DNA of 63,184 nucleotides, filler included, from Reclinomonas americana ATCC 50394 (taxonomy: Eukaryota): the NCBI GenBank assembly GCA_048213135.1. It is 14 parts of 14 records of this genome, joined end to end, with 100 filler letters (N's around TTAATTAATTAA, not from the genome) between each part and the next. Parts side by side here need not be neighbours in the genome. Positions count along the whole stretch, not along the records: positions 10,371 to 19,939 come from AFZH01021431.1; positions 20,040 to 25,182 come from AFZH01021432.1; 12 more parts are not named here. One strand, written 5' to 3'. Of the stretch, positions 10,960 to 21,658 are shown piece by piece. The notes under the pieces were generated by a model that had not been told where the DNA came from, did no database searches, and worked only from the letters and a program-made list of their open reading frames with translations. Positions within the stretch are counted from its first letter, which is position 1; each line of letters opens with the position of its first letter. The position numbers were made by a program, and so were the translations under genes.

Positions 10960-13900
10960 ATGAGTGGGCGACCAGGCAAGCTGCTAGTGTGGGTCTCTGC
11001 GCAGTTGCCGCCGAGCTGCCAGCGCGTGCTTGCTGATCTGCAGGAGATGGGCATGGAGGTGTGCTGTGTAATATACATAGGCAGCAGCAACAACTCACTC
11101 TTCTCACTGCCACTCACACAGGCACTGCATCTGGGCGAGCCAGCTGCTGGTAAGCCTCCCTCTCTCTCCCTCTCTCTCTTGTGTGTGTCAGTGAGCTCAT
11201 GGCAGTGTGTGCAAGAATGGGGTGTTCCCGATCGCACGAGTGTGATTGTGGTGACGTCCGGAAGAACGCCGACTGCACGCGCTGTGCGAATGGCGATGGT
11301 GGCGCGCTGGCGGGAGAGCTTCCCGCTGGCGGGCATTGTGGTGTTGAGCAAAGAGGTGGCGGCAGATCGCGACGATTTCATGTTGCGTGTCCACACACTC
11401 CTGTTTTGGTGTTTGTTGAGCAATGTGTGGACTGCTAATCCTTGAGATGCAGTGCGGCGGGTGCCACCGTCGTCGTGGAGACGCTGGGCGAGCTGCAGGA
11501 ACAGGTCCTCGACTTCCTGTGCGATCGTTGCGTCGTTGGGTGTTGTCCCGTCATCTTGTTTCACGTGTGGCTCATTGGTTGTCGTCTGTGGGGCGGGCGG
11601 GCGACAGAGGTGGAACCAGACGAGGGCGAGCCTTCTCCGCTACCGGTGGTGACACCGCCCAGATACGAGGACCATCTGTTCCCACCGATCAGTCCAATGG
11701 CGGTGGACCGGAGTGGCGATGGTGTGTATTTTTTGGGGTTTGCGAGGATTTGTCGTTCTGCCAGTAACACGGTTCTGTTTTGGCACAGGTGGCATGCACA
11801 GGTCGCCGTCACCGTCGCCCGTTCCGCTCGCGCCGCCATGTTGTGTATTCTACTGTCGTGCTGGTTCTTGCAATCCTCATCCTCATGCATGGACATTGTA
11901 TTGTGGGTAGTCCTGGCCAGTGGCAGTGGTCGGCAGCCATCGAGCATGTCGCTGTTGCTGAGTCGGCCAGCTTCGGCGGCGACGCCGAAAGTGCAACATG
12001 TGCTCGACAAGCATCAAGTGGAGCCCGGCATCTACCTCATCAAGGTGTGGCTTGCATACACTCACCACATGATGTGAGGTCTTTGCTCTGACTGGTGGTG
12101 CGCCAGAACTTCGTGCAAGACGCAGACCCACGCTTCATCTGGACGGCCGACAATGGTACCTACAAGATCGTGCATGTCACAATGGACTTCAGCAACACCA
12201 CGAACTTGGAGGTGGAAGGGTACTGCAAGACCAGGCAGTGAGCGCGCCAGAGTGGTGACTTGACGACTCACTCTCTCCTTCTCCTTTTCTCTCTCGCATT
12301 GCATTCAAGGGGCCCCGAGGCTCGAGTCACTGTACAGCCAGGGTCTCGCGCGCAAGTGGCGGTGATGCGCATGGTCAACATGTTTGAGGAAGTTGGCGAG
12401 AACATCAGATGGACGTGCGTCTCTCACCGCGGGTGTTGAGGGCCTCAAGCGCTGGCTGACTCACGGTGTCGCGCAGCATTGTGGCCGAGGCTCCACCGCC
12501 ACTCATCAACGCATTTGCGCACGACGACGAAGAGCTGAATGCAGTGATGCATGTGAGTCTCATGGGACTCCTCATTTCCACGACCTGTGCACCGTATCTC
12601 ACTCGCGTCACGTGCCAGGTATCCGCGGGTGAGCTCAAGTTTGCCACATTCCCCAGCGACACCGCCGACATGACTGCCATCCGTTCGACCTGTCTTTTGG
12701 CACCACAGTGCAGCTTTGTGTGCGTCTCCAATGACTGTATGAGTGTCTCCTTTCGGTAATCAACTGACGCTGCTGTGGCAGTGATCTCGATTTTCCGCCG
12801 CTCCGCTCGTCGCTTCTCGGCAACCTCAGCGAGACAGTTGCGCTGACGTGCACTAACATTGCAATGCATTGCTGATTGGTGCTGACTGAATCGCGGAATT
12901 GTGCGTGCAGCCCACTGTGAGCGGTCAGCGGATTGTGTGGCGAAGGTGCGTGTCTCTGTTGTCTATGTGCTTCAGGCGTCACCGTCACACTCTATTCTCT
13001 CGCAATGCTCCACGGCAGACCGATCGACTTTATGGCCGGCATGCATCCGGAGGTGTTTTGTGGAGAGATCGAGGCCGACGACATTTTGCAGGGCAGTCTT
13101 GGCGACTGCTGGTTTTTGGTGCGTTGCTGTCTTGCGTTCGCCGCGGCCATTGATTGTTGACAGCACTCGTGTGACACAGAGTGCTGTCGCCGCCCTCACC
13201 GAGCAACCGGCTCTGGTCCGTGCTCTCTTTCCCAGTGCCGAGTCGTCCTCCGAGGGCATTTACAGAGTGCGTGTCCTTGTTACGCTCCATTCGTCCCTTC
13301 CGCATGCACCTCACACGCCAAGCGACAGGTGCGATTGTGCAAAAACGGAGCCTGGCGCACCGTTACTCTCGACGACTACTTTCCCTGCTTTCCTGGCGCG
13401 GGACCCGTGTACACTCGCAATCACGAGTCGGAGCTGTGGCCCATGCTGCTCGAGAAGGCCGCTGCGAAACTCGCCGGCACCTACGACAATGTGAGCCCGT
13501 CATTTCATCATCCGCGTCTTCGTGTTTGCCAGCTGACGTGGGGTGTTTGTGCGTGCAGCTCCGTGGTGGCATGACACGCGAAGCGTTGATCGACTTGACC
13601 GGTGCTCCCTTTGCGAGGTACGACATGCACCGAGAGAGTGGCCAGGCCATGATTGCGTCGGGCGAGTTGTGGGAGAAGTTGGTGGATGCACTAGCGCGCA
13701 ACCACCTCATGTGCACGGCGACAAGAGGTGAGTGTTCACTGCGTGTCTGCACCATTGCTTTGCGGCGCCATGCTTAAGTTTCTGTGTGTTGCGCCAGATC
13801 AACACGAATTCTCCACGCAACTCGGCATTGATGATCTGCGAGCGGCAACGGGCCTCGTGCCCGGCCACGTGCGTCTCTCGTGCTTGGTCTTCGTGTTGAT

Positions 13901-15989
13901 GTACATTCTCATCTTTAAGGTCGCAGGCGTACACACTACTGCGTGTTGTCGAGGCACATGGGCATCAACTTGTGCTGCTGCGCAACCCCTGGGGCAATGG
14001 AGTGTGCGTTGATCTGCGATTGTTCCTCATTGTATGACGACCTCACTGTATGTGCACGCAGATGGTTTGTTTTCGTCTCCACTGATGCCTGGCGGGCGTA
14101 CATCTGACTCGTGTGTGTAGGAATGGCGAGTGGTCCGACGAGTCTGAGCGGTGGACACCGGAAATGGTGCACGCTGTCAACCCGCGCCTTCGTCGCAGTG
14201 GCGGCTCCTTCTGGATGTCGTTTGATTCGTTTGTCAACTATTTTTGCGACATTACCGTGTGCATGTTTCGTCCTTGTTGCGTTGCACCGCTCCTTCTCCC
14301 ACCGTGCCTCACCGTAACATGCTGCGAGAAGGACGCAAAAGTGGGACGAGTCGCGCGCACGCGGCTCATTCCACCGACGTGCAGATGGCGCTGTGGATTC
14401 CACCGCGTTTGAGTTGCATGTGCTACAATCTGGAACATTCTACATTGGCGTGCACCAAGAGGACGAGCGCTCTCTGGGCGTGGAAGATCGACGACACAAT
14501 GTGGATGTTGGTACGCCGACGATGTGTTTTCAGTTTGTTGCCTTGAATGCGCAAGTGCTGAAGCATGCATGCAATGACAGACGTGGCCGTCCGACGGCGG
14601 GTCGGCTCATCGTGGCAGCTCGTCTCCGGGCACGTGACTGGTCAGGCACGCGACGTGCAAGTCACAGTCGATCTGGAACCGGGAGAGTATCAGATTGTGC
14701 CACTGTTTCGTGTGCTCGACTGTTACTTCTCAACGTTTGCGCCCACTTTGTCTTACCTGCTGCGCACGCAGCACCACTGGCGTGAACCTGCGATGTCGCT
14801 ACCACGGCGACGTCCCAGATCATGCCATGGCTTTGCGGGGGATTGACGGCTCGCTCGTATCCGAGATGCGGTCGACCATTGCCGTTGCGTTTACTTTGTG
14901 AGGGTTCTCGAACAGTTGAACTTGCTCACCGTCACATCTTCTCATGCAGCACATTTTCGAGCGTTTCGATCTCGACATGGACGAGATCTTGTCATATGGA
15001 GGTACTGCGTGTCGGTGAACGTCAACAAACTGCGTTCTCTTTGCACACACACGCACACGCTCGCCTACAGAGTTCAATCACTTCCACGAGACCATCACCG
15101 GCCACAGGATCGACGAGGACGAGTTCCGTACACGCATCCTGGTGGAGCACTGCAGTACGCATGTGGTATGCACGCCTGTCGCCAAGGCACGCATGCAGCA
15201 GCGACGCTGAAACTTATACCACGCTCTTTTTGAATAGGGTCTATCTCGCCGCGGCCTCGTCCAGTTCTTCCAACGCCGCATGGAAGCAAATGGAGAGGCA
15301 CCTGTGTGGAGTTGGCTGTCGCGACTTGGCTTCGATCACGCACTGAATGCTCTCGACGACCGAGTGTACGTTGTCAGCGTTCACGGCCCGCCCGGCCATG
15401 CGGGAAGTGTTCACGCTGCCGCGATTGACTCACCGTCGGTGTGTGACTGTGTGTCTCGCGCTCACACGCCTCAGTTTCTGCTGACCATTGCATCTGCTCG
15501 CAACGCAGTTGATCCATGAGTTGTACGCACAAATCATCCAAGAACGCGGCTCTGCCAAGGACAGCGGCGCTTTGCGAGTGTTTTCTTACGACGCCGGCCA
15601 GGCCTACACGTTCTCATACGGCGTGCTGAATCTGTCGGATGTGCCCATCGAGTACACCATGGATTTCACCGGCAGCGACAATGTGGTCGCCGGCGACGGC
15701 ACTCCGCTGCTTGTATACGGTTCTCTTGTTCTTGTCCTCTTGCCACGTCTCGTGCAGTCGTGCACTGTTTGCCTCACCACTGCTCTTTTTTTTTTTTTTT
15801 TGAACGCTCACAGAGCGGCTTCTGGTGCCTTACGAGTTCACCTTTGTGTGCCACCTTGGCGCACAGATCCCCGTTGCGCATTTCTGTTGCCGGCTTCCTC
15901 TACTCTGGTGATAGTCTCTGAACATTGGAAATCTCCTGCAGGGTGCCTTCCAGATCCACTACTCGGCCTCGTTCCGACAGTGGTCGTGA
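10960..15989 (+). CDS. Multidomain calpain (CysPc, domain III, EF-hand region, N- and C-terminal extra domains); many introns
   Basis: FVDLDFPP; QGSLGDCWFLSAVAAL (Cys), GHAYTLL (His), LRNPWG (Asn); ELWPMLLEKAAAKL, GSFWMSF; EF-hand FERFDLDMDEILSYGEF. Confidence 0.9.
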
Positions 15990-16294
15990 CGTTTGTTCTT
16001 GGGAAACATGATCGATAATGCACCGCTTCTGCTGCTGTTATTCCGATATTCCGTCGACCTGCTGCTGTGGTATTGAAGCGAGGCACATGTCCACAACATG
16101 CGATTCTTTTTGGTGTGAGAGACTCGGAGGAGCATTGTGATTCATCCGTAACGACGGGCGAGTTCCTCTGCTGTTTTTCCTCACTCCTCCGCTCCGCGAT
16201 CCTCGATTCAGGTCGCATAGGGGGCTTCTTTGTGCATCTCTCGTGTTCTTGTGTCGTTTGGAGAGCACAGACAGTCACCTGGTAGATTTTGTAG

Positions 16295-18627
16295 ATGACG
16301 AGAATCGGAACGCGTGCGGCGCTCGTCGCGCTTGCTGTCGCCGTGCTCTTGCTGTGTAGCGGCGGCGCCCTGGCACAAGGTACGGCGCGGTGTGTTCACT
16401 TACATCTTGTCTGTCGACCACTGACCACCGGTGACGCAGGCGGTGGACCGTGTCTCACCAACAACGAGTGCAACTTCCATCCTGGTCAGTCCAGTGGACA
16501 GTGTGTCAATGGGTTCTGTCAGGTGAGCTGGCGCGCGTCTTGTCGCACAAGGACGTGATTTTGACAAACGTGATGCGTGCGCAGTGTTTCGCCGGTATCG
16601 GTGGAACCAACTGCCAGTGCCGGCCGGTGGAGTCGTGCAACGGGCACGGAACATGCTCGGCATTGGGCGAGTGCGTGTGCCATCCGCAGTGGACTGGAAT
16701 CACCTGCGACGTCTGCGTCAATGGGCAGTGTGGCTCGGCCTGCAACACGCCGGTATTGCATTGACATCGACCTGTGTCATGAGTCCACAAGCGTTTCACA
16801 ATTCACGTCTCGTGTCGCCCCTCTGTAGTGCCCGGTTGTGCCACCGTGCCCCACTGTTGTGGTGCGACATGGCGTCAACGATGTATTCGCCACCAGCAAT
16901 GTCGAGCCGGCGTCTGTGTCGCTTGGTTCGTCGATCACCTGTGTATTCGTAACCCGCTGTCGCACTCACGTCGCTGGGCGATCCAGGTGTGGCGGCCTAC
17001 TACAGCAGCCTGTTCCCCGATCTCGCTGCTCTGTATCCGTTCAAGCCGTTCGACAACAACAGCAGCAACAGGTGGTTTGCAGACTCGTACGAGAACGTCA
17101 CGGCATCGGTCCCCTCAACGGCTGACCTCACTGGCGCCCGTCTGCGATTCGCTGCCAAGCCGAGTGCGTCCACCTGCATGATTCTCTGCCTCTCTCTCTC
17201 CCACCTTCCTCCTGACCCTCCGTTGCTTGCACGAAGATGTGGACGCACTGTCCATGAATGATGGCGTGCAGCTCGGCGTGTGGACCTCAACGGGTACGCC
17301 TGTCGGCTACTCGTACAATCGCCTTGGAGGGTCACCGACGGCTTTGGTGCCGTACGCGTGGCGAAGCACATTTGTGGGAGCCGCTGGTGTAGTTCTCGAG
17401 GTGGACTTGGGCAGCACGCGGTTAACGTTTGGCAACACAGCGCTCTCGGTGCTCGATCTTCTCCGCCAGGCCAATCGACTCGACGTCATTGTGCTTGGTC
17501 AGTTTTTGTGTGTACTACGTGTGGAAGAGTGTTGATCTCTGAAACTCAATATGCAATACTCTTCTCCAACCATAAAAAGACGATACTGCCGTGGACTATA
17601 TGGACCTGGTGCTGGAGACGTGTCCGTGCACCGTGCAGGCGTACGCTGTGACACACGGACTCGTTGACAACTTTGGTGGCGTCGGTGAACCCGTGCGCCC
17701 CACCAGTGGTGAGGCAAGCGCCTTGTGCTCACTTGCAAAGTCCACTCGACTGACTTTCGACTATGCAGGCCTCCTCGCCTACGTCAGCTCGTTTGTGCCG
17801 ACTTTCCCGACTCTGACGTCGTTTGACAGCCTGCAGACGAACGCCTTCCTCATTGACGGTTTCCTTGCGGTGCCGAATCGTCTGGCCACCGCCACACTGT
17901 CGTTCGCCGCCCGCGCCCTCAACGGCACCGCCGGCGACGACACCATCCTCATTGGCGTCTTCGATTCGGTGACTGGCGTCATCATCGACGCTGCCAATCT
18001 GCGTTTCACCTCACTGGTCGGCGGTGCGTGGTCCACGGCAACAGGAGCACGCAACTTCACCATTGATCTGGCCGCCACCGCCACCATGGGAGGATCCACG
18101 TTGCTGGCACTGGCCACCTCGCGCGGTCGCCTGGAGATTGTGGTCGAGGGTTTGTTTGCTTGAGGAGAGTCGGGTGTGCAAGTCGTCGTCTCACATCATG
18201 CCACCGCGTGCATGCAGACGACACGGCCGTCGATTACTTCACACTCAGCGGCACGATCCGCACGTGCACCACGTCGGGTGCCACCCTCAGCACTCCGGGT
18301 GGAGGCCAGTGCACCACCAATGCGCAGTGCAATGGACCCAACAATGGCTCGTGTGTGGGCGGCAGCTGCCAGTGCTTCCCCGGCATCGGCGGACCGTTGC
18401 GTCTCGCTGCATGTCCCTACGTGTGGTGTGTAATCTGCTGACACATGTCGCAGCTTCTGCTCGTGTCGGCCGGTGGAGACGTGCAACGGCAGGGGCACTT
18501 GCAACGCCGACGGCACGTGCAACTGCTTTGCGCCATTCAGTTATGTACGACAAGCGCATCGATGGTGTTGTTGCATGTGAACGCTGACATGTGTCAAACA
18601 GGTGGACCGTACTGCGCGCAGTGCTGA
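16295..18627 (+). CDS. Secreted EGF-repeat protein with two internal copies of a ~170-aa non-Cys domain
   Basis: Signal peptide MTRIGTRAALVALAVAVLLLCSGGALA; EGF units at both ends (CNGHGTCSALGECVC, CNGRGTCNADGTCNC); two repeats ending L(D/E)(V/I)xVxDDTAVDY. Confidence 0.8.
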
Positions 18628-18818
18628 GCCACTCACGCACACTCCGGAGGAGAGAAAATGAAACAACCCACTTGTCACCACACGCTTCTTCTTGCGACAT
18701 ACAGATACACCACGCTCACACACACACAAAACAAAACACACACACTACCGAGCACGCATGGAGAACAGAGTGAGAGAGCACGACGACCTGACGGCACACA
18801 CACACACACTCTTTCTTT

Positions 18819-19939
18819 CTACAAGCGGGATGAGGCTGGGGGAGCAGCCGCTGCCACCGGTGTACCTGGCGCTGCGGGTGCCCCTGGTGGTGCTGGGCCA
18901 GCAGGTGCCGACCGGTTGGTGGCGGCCTGCTGTTGCCGTACCATATTTGCGTACATGCCGTTCGCCTGCATCAGCTCCTGATGTGTGCCACTCTCCCGGA
19001 TTTCACCGGCCGAAATCACGGCGACGCGGTCGGCCTTGAGGATGGTGTTGAGTCGGTGAGAGATGACGAGCACGGTTCGTCCAACAACCAGCTGCACAAA
19101 GTGGTGAGTCGAGAACAGACGAAGAATGAATGAAAACATGCGCTTCACCGCACCTCATCAATAGCACGCTGCACTTCCAGTTCGGCATGCGCATCGAGAG
19201 CACTTGTGGCCTACGCGACGCACGGAGATGGTGAGTCACACAAAGAGCACACATGAGTGTCCTAAACGGCGACGCACCTCATCGAGCAGCAGAATTGGCG
19301 CATCCTTGATGAGAGCGCGTGCCACCGCCACACTGCAGACCAGCGAGAGAGAGCGCCACAAAATGAGAAGACAATGCGCGGACGGACGACCGGGGAAAGC
19401 AGAGGAAAACAGACGCACCGCTGCTTCTGTCCACCACTCAGCAGCGTCTCCTTTGGACCGATCTTGGTCTGGTACTTTTGCGGAAGCTCCATGATGAAAT
19501 CGTGGCAATTGGCCTGCACGAAGCAGCACGTGTGAGTAATCCAGGCCGCGGTCCGAGTTGCGCAGCAACACGCATTCACCTTGATGGCCGCCGCCTCCAC
19601 CATCTCCGGGGTGGCGAATAGCGATCCGTAGGAAATGTTGTCAAAAACGGTGCCCGTGAAAATGACCGGCTCCTGGGTGACAATGGCGATATTTCGGCGC
19701 AACCATGCCACATCGACACCTTGCAGCTGCATGTGCAAGCCCGAGCGATGAGCAATGGACACAAATGCAGGCGTCTTGGCTCAACTCAGCGACCACGCAA
19801 CATCCATGCCGTCCAGCGTGATGGTGCCGCGTGTCGGCGCGTAGAAGCGCAGCAGCAGCGAGAAGAGCGACGACTTGCCGCCGCCACTGGGGCCGACAAT
19901 GGCCGTCATCTGGCCGCGGTGGAACTCCAAGTTGACATT
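18819..19939 (-). CDS. ABCB-type transporter, C-terminal nucleotide-binding domain (5'-partial)
   Basis: Walker [10 protein letters not shown]-loop VTQEPVIF, signature LSGGQKQR, Walker B ILLLDEATSALD, H-loop VISHRL. Confidence 0.93.
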
Positions 19940-20348
19940 NNNNNNNNNNNNNNNNNNNNNNNNNNNNNNNNNNNNNNNNNNNNTTAATTAATTAANNNNN
20001 NNNNNNNNNNNNNNNNNNNNNNNNNNNNNNNNNNNNNNNCGAGAGAAGAATGCAAAACCGCACATTCAGCAGAGTGGAGAGCGTGTGAGATGAGAGACGC
20101 GGAGACAAGCAGTGGAGTGCGTGCGTGTCTGTTGTGCGTGCGAGAAGAAAACGCATATGCACGCAACTCGCAGGCTCTGATACGGAGCCGACATTCTCGC
20201 AACAGCTCACAAGCGGGCGGAACGAGAAGACACACACACACACACAGAGACACACACGCACAAGACACTGTGTGTCGGAGAATGAATGAATGAATGATGC
20301 GCGTGACCACACACAGAAGGCGAGCATGATTGTCTATCAACAACATCA

Positions 20349-20798
20349 ATGCTCTTCTGCCCCTTTTGCGCCAACCTGCTCCTGGCCGACGCCAGTGGCG
20401 GTGGTGGCGACGATGGCACGGGAGGTGCAGGCAGCAGTGGAGGAGGAGTGGTGGGCGGTGGAGGCAGCATGCGCTTGTGCTGTCGCACGTGTCCGTACAC
20501 GTGCTACATTGCCGCAAAGATCTCCAAGAAGCTGCTGACGAAGAAGAAGGTCGTCGATGATGTGTTGGGCGGGAAGGATGCATGGGCAAATGTCGATGCC
20601 ACGGAAGGTGTGTGTGTGTGAAAGGGAAGGGAGAGGGGAGGATGCAGTCATTGATTGCTTCTGTGTGCAGCGAAATGCCCCAAATGCAATCACAATCGGG
20701 CCTTCTTCTTCCAAGTGCAAATCCGCTCGGCGGATGAGCCGGCGACGACGTTCTATCGATGTGTTAGCTGCGCGTATCGGTGGAATGATAATGGATGA
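20349..20798 (+). CDS. POLR3K: RNA polymerase III subunit RPC11 (intron 20608-20670)
   Basis: MLFCPFCANLL...CRTCPY...VDDVLGGKDAWANVDATEAKCPKC...QIRSADEPATTFYRC..C..RWND. Confidence 0.95.
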
Positions 20799-20954
20799 AT
20801 GCGGTCGACTCACAATGTGCATGCAGTGAAAGAAGGAACATGTAGAAAAGGGAGGGAGGGAGGAAGGGAGGGGGCGGGTGGATGCAGGGAGACGGGAGAA
20901 AGGAGGCGTGAGTGGAGACAGAAGGGTGGACAGGAGGGGAGATATGCGGCAAGC

Positions 20955-21430
20955 TGTTGACATGCAGCAAGACGGCAGACTCGTCGTGAAGAGAGGAGGG
21001 GTGTTGCACGTTAGCAAGCACCAGTAGAGCGATACAGAGACGAGAAGAAGACAGGAGGGGTGCAGCAAGTTCTTGAGATTGACGGCAGGCTCGTCGTGCC
21101 AGGTGGAGACGAGAAGAAGACATGGAGGGGCGTTGCAGATCAGCGACAGATGGGAGACTCGTTCTGTCTGGCGAAGACAGGAAGAAGGAGGAAGGATGCT
21201 GCAGATCGTAGTACTCGTGTGCAGCTAGGTGGCAGACTCACTGCGTCTGGCGGAGACGAGAGGAACGACAGGAGGGGTGCAGCAAGACGGCAGGCTCGTC
21301 GTGCCTCGTGGAGGTGAGGCTTAGTGTAGATACTTGAGCTTCGGTGCAGCACGACGGAGAACGGGAGGAAGACAGGAGAGAGCCTGAGGATTGTTGCAGA
21401 TACTTGAGCACACAAGCTGCAGCAAGAAGC
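20955..21430. repeat. Intergenic degenerate tandem repeat
   Basis: GAGACGAGAAGAAGACAGGAGGGGTGCAGCAAG and GACGGCAG(G/A)CTCGTCGTG blocks each recur 3-4 times. Confidence 0.65.
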
Positions 21431-21600
21431 GGCCTCCAGCGCGATCAGAGAATTTGCTGCACGGCTGGTGGAGCTTTGCCCTTCTGCGGTCTGCGGATAA
21501 ATCAGGGTTCTGCTGCCCTCGCCTCCTCCGCGGTTGTGGCCTGCTCTCCACGCTCCGCCTAGCCAGCGTCATCGTCCATTGATCGACAGTTGTTGTCCTT

Positions 21601-21628
21601 ACCAATCGCGTCCTCGAAAACCAATCAC
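21601..21628 (+). promoter_or_regulatory. Two CCAAT boxes upstream of 7TM-RGS
   Basis: ACCAATCG and ACCAATCA 30-60 nt before the ATG at 21659; motif match only. Confidence 0.35.
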
Positions 21629-21658
21629 AAAAGCCCACGCAGACACACAGCTGCTCCC

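Noticed and set aside
20955..21430. CRISPR-like array
   Set aside because: Repeats are degenerate and irregularly spaced; no cas genes; eukaryotic context.
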